A DNA stretch of 64,000 bases from Phycisphaerales bacterium (lineage in GTDB: Bacteria; Planctomycetota; Phycisphaerae; Phycisphaerales; UBA1924): positions 1,197 to 65,196 of the forward strand of contig JBGAOD010000002.1 in assembly GCA_044221955.1 (NCBI GenBank), in the 5' to 3' direction. Each line of letters opens with the position of its first letter. Position 1 is the first letter of the stretch. Below the pieces are notes generated by a model. The model searched no databases. It saw only the letters and a list, made by a program, of their open reading frames with translations, and was not told the origin of the DNA. Below are positions 36,152 through 44,290 of this stretch, piece by piece. Position numbers and translations under genes: made by a program.

Positions 36152-37777
36152 ATGACCTCCAAGGGCACTCCCAGCAACGGACCACGAAGCAGATCTGGCT
36201 CGCGGTCCGGCTCGCGCACGGGACAGCCTCTTGCTCAAGCCCCGAGTGATTCGGCCAGCAGCTTGGATTCCCCGAGCAAATCAAAGATCGGCAAGCCATC
36301 CGCGCCGCGTGTGTTCCCGAGCTACGAGGCCGCGACGGAGTACCTGCTGGGGCGGATGAACGTTGAGAAGACTCGCCCCGAGAAGATCGATCCCGCGCTG
36401 TTCAAGCTCGAGCGGATGCGTGCGATGCTGGCGGCGATGGGCAACCCGCACCACACCACCAAGTTTGTCCATGTGGCGGGGAGCAAGGGCAAAGGGAGCG
36501 TGTGCGAGATGGTGGCCTCGTGCCTTTCGGCGTGCGGGTACACCACCGGGCTGTTCACCAGCCCGCACCTGGTCGATCTGCGTGAGCGGATCCGAATCAA
36601 TCAGCAGATGATCTCGTACGCCGACTTTGCCGCGTACCTGAGCCAGGCGGCGACCGCGGCCGATAGGGTCGAGGCCGCGCACGGCGAGGCAACATTTTTC
36701 GAGGTTGTGACCGCGCTGGCGCTCGCGTACTTTGCGGAGCAGGCGGTGGACGTGGCGGTGATCGAGGTCGGTCTGGGCGGACGGCTTGACTCCACCAACG
36801 TCATCACGCCGGAGGTTTGTGCGATCACCGCGATCCAGCTCGAGCACACGCAGATCCTCGGAGGCACGGTCGAGGAGATCGCGCGCGAGAAGGCCGGGAT
36901 CTTCAAGTCGGGCGTGCCGGCGATCACCGTTCCGCAGCAATCACCGTCGATCCTGGAGGTGTTCAAGCAGGTTGCGGGCGAGGCGGGCACGCAGGTTCTG
37001 ACGGTCGGCGAGGAGATCGAGTTCAGCAGCCGCTTTGAGTCGACCACGGAGCTGGGGCCTCACATGCGGGTGTGCCTGAACACGCCCCGCTCGCACTTTG
37101 AGCACCTGCCCGTGCCGCTCAAGGGCGAGCACCAGGCGGCGAACTGCGGGCTGGCCCTTGCGGTGCTGGACGTTCTCCGCGCGCGCGGGTTCGAGACCCC
37201 GGAGCGGAACGTGGCGGTCGGGCTGGCGCGGACTCCCAACCAGGGTCGCGTCGAACTGGTTTCAACAAGCCCGCGCGTGATCATCGACGGAGCTCATAAC
37301 CCGGAGAGCGTTCTGGCCCTCATGCGGGCCATCGGGGCGCACGTCAAGTACGACTCGATGGTCGCGATCTTCGGGTGCGCGGCCGACAAGAACGTCGCGG
37401 GGATGCTCGCCAAGCTCGTGACCGGTGCCGACAAGATCATCTTTACCAGGGCGGTGGGTACGCCGCGCGCGATGGACCCGCGCGAGCTGCAGCGCAAGCT
37501 CTCGGAGGTGAGTCACCGCGTGGCGCAGATCGCGCCGACGATCAAGGAAGCGATGTCCATCGCCGAGCGGGCGGTGGGGCGGGGCGATGTCATCTGCGTG
37601 ACCGGCTCGTTCTACCTCGCGGGCGAGGCCAAGAAGTACCTGGCGGATCGAGCCCGGAAGGAAGCGGGGTCCGCGGCGGGCACTGGGCCGACGGGCACGG
37701 GGAACGGGGGCCCCAACGCGAGCGCCGAGATCGAGCCCAAGACCGGGCTCAAGCCGCGTCCTTCGACCCGTCCTTGA
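36152..37777 (+). CDS. folC: bifunctional folylpolyglutamate synthase / dihydrofolate synthase
   Basis: Mur-ligase P-loop 'VHVAGSKGKGSV', 'TSPHLVDLRERI', 'EVGLGGRLDSTNV' and 'IIDGAHNPES'. Low-complexity N- and C-terminal extensions. Confidence 0.85.
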   Translation: MTSKGTPSNGPRSRSGSRSGSRTGQPLAQAPSDSASSLDSPSKSKIGKPSAPRVFPSYEAATEYLLGRMNVEKTRPEKIDPALFKLERMRAMLAAMGNPHHTTKFVHVAGSKGKGSVCEMVASCLSACGYTTGLFTSPHLVDLRERIRINQQMISYADFAAYLSQAATAADRVEAAHGEATFFEVVTALALAYFAEQAVDVAVIEVGLGGRLDSTNVITPEVCAITAIQLEHTQILGGTVEEIAREKAGIFKSGVPAITVPQQSPSILEVFKQVAGEAGTQVLTVGEEIEFSSRFESTTELGPHMRVCLNTPRSHFEHLPVPLKGEHQAANCGLALAVLDVLRARGFETPERNVAVGLARTPNQGRVELVSTSPRVIIDGAHNPESVLALMRAIGAHVKYDSMVAIFGCAADKNVAGMLAKLVTGADKIIFTRAVGTPRAMDPRELQRKLSEVSHRVAQIAPTIKEAMSIAERAVGRGDVICVTGSFYLAGEAKKYLADRARKEAGSAAGTGPTGTGNGGPNASAEIEPKTGLKPRPSTRP

Positions 37778-37860
37778 GTTCGGGCTCACTCGACGATCCG
37801 AGCGATTTCGGGGCGGTTTGCGGCATGTTTGGGCGACGCCTTCCCTAGACTCGGTGCGAG

Positions 37861-40800
37861 ATGTCTTCCGCACCACCATCGTCAGTCCCCGGCACTGCCC
37901 CGGACCCCGACCACCCGTTCCGGTACACGGCCTCGCTTGCTGGCTCGATTGAAACGCGCTGGCAAGATGAGTGGAGGGCACGCCGGAGCTTCGTCGCGAG
38001 GAACCCGGGTGAGGTCGGGTTTGACCCGAGCAGGCCGAAGTTTTATTGCCTGGACATGTTCCCCTACCCGTCGGGGGCGGGGCTTCATATCGGGCACCCC
38101 GAGGGGTACACGGCGACCGACATCGTCTGCCGGTACAAGCGGGCCAAGGGGTTTAATGTTTTGCACCCGATGGGATGGGATGCGTTTGGGCTGCCGGCCG
38201 AGCAGTACGCGATCCAGACGGGCGTACACCCGGCGAAAACGACGCGGGCGAGCATCGAGAACTTTCGCCGGCAGTTGCAGCGGTTCGGGTTCTGCTACGA
38301 CTGGGAGCGTGAGTTCGGGACGATCGACGAGAGCTATTACAAGTGGACGCAGTGGATTTTTCTGAAGCTGTACGGCAGTTGGTTCGACCCGCGGCGGAAC
38401 TCGGCGCGGCCGATCGAGGAGTTTGTCGAGAAGTTGAAGTCGGGCGTGTTCGGGGTTGCGCCGGACGGTTCGGTGGTTCACTTTGGTGACGGCGAGCGCG
38501 GGGCCGTGCCGCCGGCGGGGACGCGGCGGTGGCACGATCTGAGCGCGGGCGAGCGCGGCAACGTGGTGGACAACCAGCGGCTGGCGTTCCTTGCTGAGAC
38601 GACGGTGAACTGGTGCCCGAAGCTGGGGACGGTGCTGGCCAACGACGAGGTGATCGACGGCCGGAGCGAACGCGGCGGGCACCCCGTGATGCGCAGGCCT
38701 TTGAAGCAGTGGATGTTCCGGATCACGGCGTACGCCGAGCGGCTTTTGTCGCAGTTGGGGAGGTTGGACTGGCCGTCGAGCACGAAGGCGATGCAGGCGG
38801 AGTGGATCGGGAAGAGCGAGGGGGCGGAGATTGAGTTTAAGATTGTGAACCCGCCCCACGCGGAGCGTGGGGGTACCCAGGGCGAAGAATCGCTTCGCGT
38901 CTTCACTACCCGCCCGGACACGCTTTTCGGCGCGACGTACATGGTCGTGGCGCCCGAGCACGAGTTGTGCGCCAAGGCCGGCAACGGCGAGTTGGGTGTC
39001 GATCCCAACACCGCGGCGGCCCTCCGGTCTTACTGCGAGCGAGCCCGCAACCGCAGCGACATCGAGCGGCAGCAGGAGACGAAAGAGAAGACTGGCGCGT
39101 TCACGGGCGTGTACGCGATCAACCCTGCGAGCGGCGTGCGCATCCCCATCTGGACCGCGGATTATGTGCTCATGGGCTACGGCACGGGCGCGATCATGGC
39201 GGTGCCGGCCCACGACGAGCGGGACTACGAGTTCGCCAAGGCCTTCGACCTGCCGATCCGCGACGTGGTGTACTCGGGGATCACTTGCGCGATGGATTTT
39301 TTCGCGCGGCGTGCGTCGCCCGACGAGCAGGTCAGCGAGGCGTGGGCCGGGATGCTGGCGGACCTGCTGGGCGTGACGGTGTCGCGGAGCATCCCGCCTT
39401 CGCGGCTTGACGAGGCGATCAACATCGTCCGCCACGGTCGGCCCAAGGGATCGCCCGTCCCGCCGCCGGACCGCCGCGGTTCGGTGCAGACCGAGTGGCT
39501 CGACATGATCGCGACCGTCGGGCTGAAGGACTTCGAGGATTTCCGCGATGTTTTTCTCGCGGCCAGTTTCCATCGCGCCAGCGGAGCGGCGTTCACGCAG
39601 ACGGGGTACGCGGTCAATTCGTCGAGCAAGGCCGTGGACATTAACGGTCTGCCCACCGAGCACGCCAAGGTGGCGATGATTTCGTGGCTGGAGCGCTCGG
39701 GGATCGGGCGCGGGAAGGTGAATTATCGCTTGCGCGACTGGACGTTCAGCCGGCAGCGGTACTGGGGCGAGCCGTTCCCGATCGTGTACGACGCGGCGGG
39801 GAAGGCGTACCCGATCTCCGAATCGCACCTGCCGGTGACGCTGCCCGAACTGGCGGATTACGCGCCGGTCGAGAGCGACACGCCGCAGCCGCTGCTGGCC
39901 AAGGCGACGGCGTGGATGAACACGACGGCGGGAGCGGCGGGCGTTGACCGGGCGCTGCTGCCGCCCGGGACGCCGGTGACGCGCGAGACGAACACCATGC
40001 CGGGGAGCGCGGGCTCGTCGTGGTACGCGATCCGGTATTGCGATCCGAAGAACGCAGGGAGACTGGTGGGCAAAGAGGCCGAGGCGTACTGGATGGGCGG
40101 CGAGGCCGGGGCCCGCGGCGTGGACCTGTACCTGGGCGGCTCCGAGCACGCTGTCGGGCACCTGCTGTACTCGCGCTTCTGGCAGAACGTGCTGTTCGAC
40201 CTGGGCGAGGTCAGCACGCCCGAGCCGTTTCATAAGCTCGTTCACCAGGGGCTCATCACCAGCTTTGCGTACCAGCGGCCCGACAAGACGATCGTGCCGG
40301 TGGACGAGGTGAAAGAAGTTCTCGACGGCGAGAAGGTCTCGCACGTCGAGATCGCCACGGGCAAGGCGGTCGCGCCGATCGTGACGAAGATGTCCAAGCG
40401 GTACAAGAACGTGGTGAACCCCGACGACGTGATCAACGAGTTCGGGGCGGACACATGCCGGCTCTACGAGATGTACATGGGGCCGCTGGAGGCGAGCAAG
40501 CCGTGGAACCCGCGCGATATCAGCGGGTGCCACCGGTTTTTGCAGCGGGCCTGGCGGCTGTGTGTTGATGAGAAGACCGGGGCTCTCAAGCCCGTCGCCG
40601 CGGCCGACGCGAACATCGAGAAGCTGCTGCACCGGATGATCGCGAAGGTCGGGGCGGACATAGAGCGGCTGGCGTTCAACACGGCGATCGCGGCGATGAT
40701 CGAGTTCGTGAACGCGGGCACGACGGCTGGGGGATTGACGAGCCAGCAGATGTCGGGCTTTGCGCTGGTGCTGGGGCCGTTCGCGCCGCACATGGCCGAG

Positions 40801-41073
40801 GAGCTGTGGGCGAAGCTGGGCAATCAGCGACTGCTGTGCGACGTGGCCTGGCCGACGGTCGATGAGTCCAAGCTCAAGGACGATCAGGTCGAGATCCCGG
40901 TGCAGATCATGGGCAAGGTTCGCGGTCGTGTGATGGTCGCGGCCGCGGCGGATGAAACGGCGGCGCGGGCGGCGGTGATGGCGGATGCCAAACTCGTCGA
41001 GGCGATGGGCGGCAAGGCGATCAAGAAGGTGATCTATGTGCCGGGGCGGATGATCAATTTGCTGGTGGGGTAA
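37861..41073 (+). CDS. leuS: leucine--tRNA ligase
   Basis: HIGH motif 'PYPSGAGLHIGHPEGY', the CP1 editing region, 'NYRLRDWTFSRQRYWGEPFP' and the KMSKS motif 'KMSKRYKN'. At 1070 aa it is long for a bacterial LeuRS (extra ~85-90 aa around 39270-39600). Confidence 0.95.
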   Translation: MSSAPPSSVPGTAPDPDHPFRYTASLAGSIETRWQDEWRARRSFVARNPGEVGFDPSRPKFYCLDMFPYPSGAGLHIGHPEGYTATDIVCRYKRAKGFNVLHPMGWDAFGLPAEQYAIQTGVHPAKTTRASIENFRRQLQRFGFCYDWEREFGTIDESYYKWTQWIFLKLYGSWFDPRRNSARPIEEFVEKLKSGVFGVAPDGSVVHFGDGERGAVPPAGTRRWHDLSAGERGNVVDNQRLAFLAETTVNWCPKLGTVLANDEVIDGRSERGGHPVMRRPLKQWMFRITAYAERLLSQLGRLDWPSSTKAMQAEWIGKSEGAEIEFKIVNPPHAERGGTQGEESLRVFTTRPDTLFGATYMVVAPEHELCAKAGNGELGVDPNTAAALRSYCERARNRSDIERQQETKEKTGAFTGVYAINPASGVRIPIWTADYVLMGYGTGAIMAVPAHDERDYEFAKAFDLPIRDVVYSGITCAMDFFARRASPDEQVSEAWAGMLADLLGVTVSRSIPPSRLDEAINIVRHGRPKGSPVPPPDRRGSVQTEWLDMIATVGLKDFEDFRDVFLAASFHRASGAAFTQTGYAVNSSSKAVDINGLPTEHAKVAMISWLERSGIGRGKVNYRLRDWTFSRQRYWGEPFPIVYDAAGKAYPISESHLPVTLPELADYAPVESDTPQPLLAKATAWMNTTAGAAGVDRALLPPGTPVTRETNTMPGSAGSSWYAIRYCDPKNAGRLVGKEAEAYWMGGEAGARGVDLYLGGSEHAVGHLLYSRFWQNVLFDLGEVSTPEPFHKLVHQGLITSFAYQRPDKTIVPVDEVKEVLDGEKVSHVEIATGKAVAPIVTKMSKRYKNVVNPDDVINEFGADTCRLYEMYMGPLEASKPWNPRDISGCHRFLQRAWRLCVDEKTGALKPVAAADANIEKLLHRMIAKVGADIERLAFNTAIAAMIEFVNAGTTAGGLTSQQMSGFALVLGPFAPHMAEELWAKLGNQRLLCDVAWPTVDESKLKDDQVEIPVQIMGKVRGRVMVAAAADETAARAAVMADAKLVEAMGGKAIKKVIYVPGRMINLLVG

Positions 41074-41099
41074 AGCGGAACGATTGAACCGAATCCGTC

Positions 41100-43346
41100 C
41101 TACAGCCCGTACTCGCGCCAGCGTTGCGTGACAGTTCCCGCGATCGCGCTCTCCATCTTCAAAATCGGCGGCCAGGGCCGCACCGGCCAGCCGTGGGCCT
41201 CGTCGCCGGGGACTTTGGGCATCCCTTCGAACGCGACGCGCCGGCCGCAGACGCTGAGGTAGCGGTCGCGCTCGTGCGAGCTGTGGGCCATCCAGTGGAA
41301 GAGAACGCGGTCGAGGTCGGCGAGGTCGGCGTCGGGACCGACGACGAGGGTCCAGCGCGGCAGGGCGCACGCTTCGGTCACGCCGCCGAGGGCTTTGATG
41401 ACTTGGGTTCCGTCGCCGGGGTTGTGCTTGTCGGCCTGGAGCACGAGCCAGTGCCCGCCGAGCTCGTTGGGCACGCGTGCGTCGCGCACGCCGGGAAGAG
41501 ATTTCACGCGGGCTTCGGTCGCGCGGGCCGCGGCGCCGATGGCGGGCGCGATCGGGCCGGTGGCGCACAGTTCGGCGGCGAGGCCGCTGTTGGCGCGGTG
41601 GGTCTCGGCGGGGCTCGATTTTCTCGTCGCGTCGAGCCCGAGCTTCCCGCCCGCCCCAAGGAACGGGGCGGCGTGGTCGAGGATGTCGAGCGGGCCTCGG
41701 ACGAGTTCGCAGTCGCGGGCCGGCTCGCAGTGCTCGCCCACGGCCCGCAGCACGGCGTCGCGGTCGTGTACGTCCATGTCGGCGTCCACCACCACGATCG
41801 TCTTGGTCCAGCTCATCTGCCCCGCGCCCCAGATCGCGTGCATCACGCGGCGGGCGTGCAGCGGGTACTCCTTCTTGATCTTCAGGAACGCGCAGTTGTG
41901 GAAGCAGCCAAAGAGCGGGAGGTCGTAGTCGATGATGTCGGGCACGATCGTGCGCAGCAGCGGCAGGAAGATCCGCTCGGTGGCCTTGCCGAGGAAGTAG
42001 TCTTCTTGGGGTGGAAGACCGACGATGGTGGTTTGATAGATGGGGCGGCGACGGTGCGTGATCGCGGTGACTTCCAGGAGCGGGTAACGATCGGGGAGTG
42101 AGTAAAAACCGGTGTGGTCTCCGAAAGGACCTTCGAAGACGGCGCCCGACCCCAACCCAAACCCTCCTCCTTTGGCAATTTGGACCTTTGGCGATTTGGC
42201 AATTTCCCTCGGGTCCCAGTCGATGAAGCCCGCCTCGTTGCTCACGTACCCCTCGATCACGATCTCCGCGTTGGCGGGTACGTCGATGGGGACGGTCTTG
42301 CACGCGACGAGCGGGATCGGGCCTTTGTTCAGGAATCCGGCGAGAAGGAACTCGCTGATGCCCGGCGGCATGGGCGCGGTGGCGGCGTAGGGCAGCACGC
42401 TTTCGCCGCCGATCGCGATGGCGACGGGCATGCGCTGGCCCTTGGCCTTCCAGGAGCGCCAGTGGCGTGCGCCGTCGTGGTGCATGTGCCAGTGCATGGC
42501 CATGTGTTTTTTGCCGAGGAGCTGCACGCGGTACATGCCGATGTTGCGGCTGGTAGGTTGCGGGTTTCCAAGGTCGTCGGCGTGGATGGTGTGGATGCCG
42601 CCGAGGGTGATGTATCGGCCGCGGGAGTTCTTCTCCCAGTCCGGTCCGGAGCCGAGGCCGGGGATGCCGTCGTTGATGCCGGCGGGGTATCCGAGCGCGG
42701 CGTAGTCGCCGTCGTGAGGCCAGCAGCGGAGAAGCGGCAGGCGTGTGAGGTCGATGTCGTCGCCGGTTTTCACGACGTCCTGGCACGGTCCGGATTTGAC
42801 TCTTTTCGGCGGGATTTTGACGAGTTCGAGCAGCTCGGGGATTTTCTGGAGCTTGGCGAGGAGCGTGGGGGGGGGCTCGGGCTTGACGAGCTTGCCGATG
42901 CGCTCGGCGAGGGCTTCGAGGCCTGTGGTAGGTCCGCTGGTAGGTCGGCTCTCCGAGCCGACTTCTTCGCGTGCGTTCGTTCCGGCGATTGCATTGGAAG
43001 CGGAGGGTGAGGAAAGAGAGGGAGGAGAGGAAGAGTCGGCCCGGAGGTCCGACCTACCACTGCATCCCAGCGCCATCTCGATGCGTCGGTAGCTGCCCAG
43101 TGCGTTGATGAGCACGGGGATGTCGGAGCCTTCGACGTTCTCGAAGAGGAGGGCCGAGCCGCCGAGGTGGTGGAAGCGCGGGTCGGTGCGGCGCGTGGAT
43201 TGGCTGCCGAGGTTGGGGGCCGGTGATTTGCTGACGCGATCGGCGATCTCGGTGATTTCAAGCACGGGCGAGACGCGGGCGGCGATGCGCTTGAGTTCAC
43301 CGGCCTGGTCGAGCGCTCGGACGAACTGTTCGGTCGTGTCGTACAT
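41100..43346 (-). CDS. UbiD-family (prenyl-FMN-dependent) decarboxylase, probably quinone biosynthesis
   Basis: Collinear with E. coli UbiD as I remember it: 'GELKRI...VLEITEIADR', 'ALLFENV', 'KLVKPEPPP', 'YRVQLLGKKHMAMHW', 'EGPFGDHTGFY' and 'LGLDATRK'. It carries several insertions, one of which is the repeat at 42927-43058. Confidence 0.85.
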   Translation of the reverse strand: MYDTTEQFVRALDQAGELKRIAARVSPVLEITEIADRVSKSPAPNLGSQSTRRTDPRFHHLGGSALLFENVEGSDIPVLINALGSYRRIEMALGCSGRSDLRADSSSPPSLSSPSASNAIAGTNAREEVGSESRPTSGPTTGLEALAERIGKLVKPEPPPTLLAKLQKIPELLELVKIPPKRVKSGPCQDVVKTGDDIDLTRLPLLRCWPHDGDYAALGYPAGINDGIPGLGSGPDWEKNSRGRYITLGGIHTIHADDLGNPQPTSRNIGMYRVQLLGKKHMAMHWHMHHDGARHWRSWKAKGQRMPVAIAIGGESVLPYAATAPMPPGISEFLLAGFLNKGPIPLVACKTVPIDVPANAEIVIEGYVSNEAGFIDWDPREIAKSPKVQIAKGGGFGLGSGAVFEGPFGDHTGFYSLPDRYPLLEVTAITHRRRPIYQTTIVGLPPQEDYFLGKATERIFLPLLRTIVPDIIDYDLPLFGCFHNCAFLKIKKEYPLHARRVMHAIWGAGQMSWTKTIVVVDADMDVHDRDAVLRAVGEHCEPARDCELVRGPLDILDHAAPFLGAGGKLGLDATRKSSPAETHRANSGLAAELCATGPIAPAIGAAARATEARVKSLPGVRDARVPNELGGHWLVLQADKHNPGDGTQVIKALGGVTEACALPRWTLVVGPDADLADLDRVLFHWMAHSSHERDRYLSVCGRRVAFEGMPKVPGDEAHGWPVRPWPPILKMESAIAGTVTQRWREYGL
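42927..43058. repeat. second, diverged copy of the 9251-9349 palindromic element, inside the UbiD-family CDS and in frame
   Basis: The left arm GGTAGGTCGGCTCTCCGAGCCGACTTCTTC starts at 42939, preceded by a partial duplicate GGTAGGTCCGCT. The right arm GAAGAGTCGGCCCGGAGGTCCGACCTACC is at 43030-43058. The spacer shares the GCATTGG...GAAGC core with the first copy. The segment 42939-43058 is 120 nt. Confidence 0.8.
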
Positions 43347-43375
43347 TCATGCAGCCTATGGGGGATCACGGAGAC

Positions 43376-44056
43376 ATGCCTGACCACGATTCAAAGCCTG
43401 AGTTGAAGCTCGCGGGGAAGGCGCACGTTTACGCGGCGGTGCGCGATTGGCCTCGGTACTACGACGCGGTGGACGGGAAGCCGGCGCGGGAGACGTTGCT
43501 CAAGGCCTTGGACCTGTTCGACGCGGCCAAGGTTTCGGATGAGCAGAAACTGGCCGTGGACCTCGGCTGCGGCACGGGGCGCGACACGTTCGAGCTGCTG
43601 AAGCGTGGCTGGCGGGTGATCGCGATGGACAGCTCGGAGGAGGGTTTGTCCCGGTTGCTCGCGCACGCGGAGGCTCTATTCACGCCCGAGGTCCGGGGAC
43701 GGTTGAAATGCAGTCTGATGAAGTACGAAGAGTTCTCCGTGCCCAACTGCACGCTGGTGAACGCGAGCTTTGCGCTGCCGTTCTGCGACCCGGCCAGGTT
43801 CCCGGAGGTTTGGGCGCGGATCGTGCGTGCGCTGCCGGTAGGCGGGCGGTTCGCGGGGCAGCTGTTCGGAGATCGCGACGGCTGGGCGGTGCTCCCCGAC
43901 CGCAGCCACCAGAGCCGTCCGCAGGTAGAACGTTTGCTCAAGGACTTTGTGATCGAAGAGATGCGTGAAGAGGACAAGCACGAGGCGGGGGTCACGGGGG
44001 AGATGAAGGACTGGCACCTGTTCCATCTGGTGGCGCGGAAGCGGTTCGAGGCGTGA
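43376..44056 (+). CDS. class I SAM-dependent methyltransferase
   Basis: Motif I 'AVDLGCGTGRDTFELL' and post-I 'RVIAMDSSEEGL'. It is divergent from the UbiD-family gene with almost no spacer. The start could also be 43349 or 43358. Confidence 0.75.
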   Translation: MPDHDSKPELKLAGKAHVYAAVRDWPRYYDAVDGKPARETLLKALDLFDAAKVSDEQKLAVDLGCGTGRDTFELLKRGWRVIAMDSSEEGLSRLLAHAEALFTPEVRGRLKCSLMKYEEFSVPNCTLVNASFALPFCDPARFPEVWARIVRALPVGGRFAGQLFGDRDGWAVLPDRSHQSRPQVERLLKDFVIEEMREEDKHEAGVTGEMKDWHLFHLVARKRFEA

Positions 44057-44290
44057 CGTGCGTGCGCGAGATCGCGGGCGCGATGAATTTTCGGTCGATT
44101 CTGAAACTGGTTGGTGCGGCATCCGAAGCAACGGTGGTCGGTACGTCGGTCTGGCAACGAATACGACGGAGCTTTCTCGGGCGTTGATTTTTCTTGCATG
44201 GGTGGTTGCTTCGCGTAGACTTCGTACCGGCGTTCCGGGGAGGATCGGCCGAACCCTGCGGGCTGGAACGATCACGAGACAAAGGGGATA

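Noticed and set aside
37882-42786. Giant 1634-aa minus-strand ORF spanning the leuS antisense strand and running into the UbiD gene region
   Set aside because: The translation is extremely Arg/Pro/His/Gly-rich with no motifs. It lies antisense to an unmistakable leuS and out of frame with the UbiD-family CDS. It is a typical stop-codon-poor shadow ORF of GC-rich DNA.
43346-43376. Head-to-head arrangement of the UbiD-family gene and the SAM methyltransferase with only 2-30 nt between start codons, considered as a possible shared bidirectional regulatory element
   Set aside because: The spacer is too short to read any promoter or operator from sequence alone, and the start of the methyltransferase is ambiguous. 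I note it only as gene organisation.
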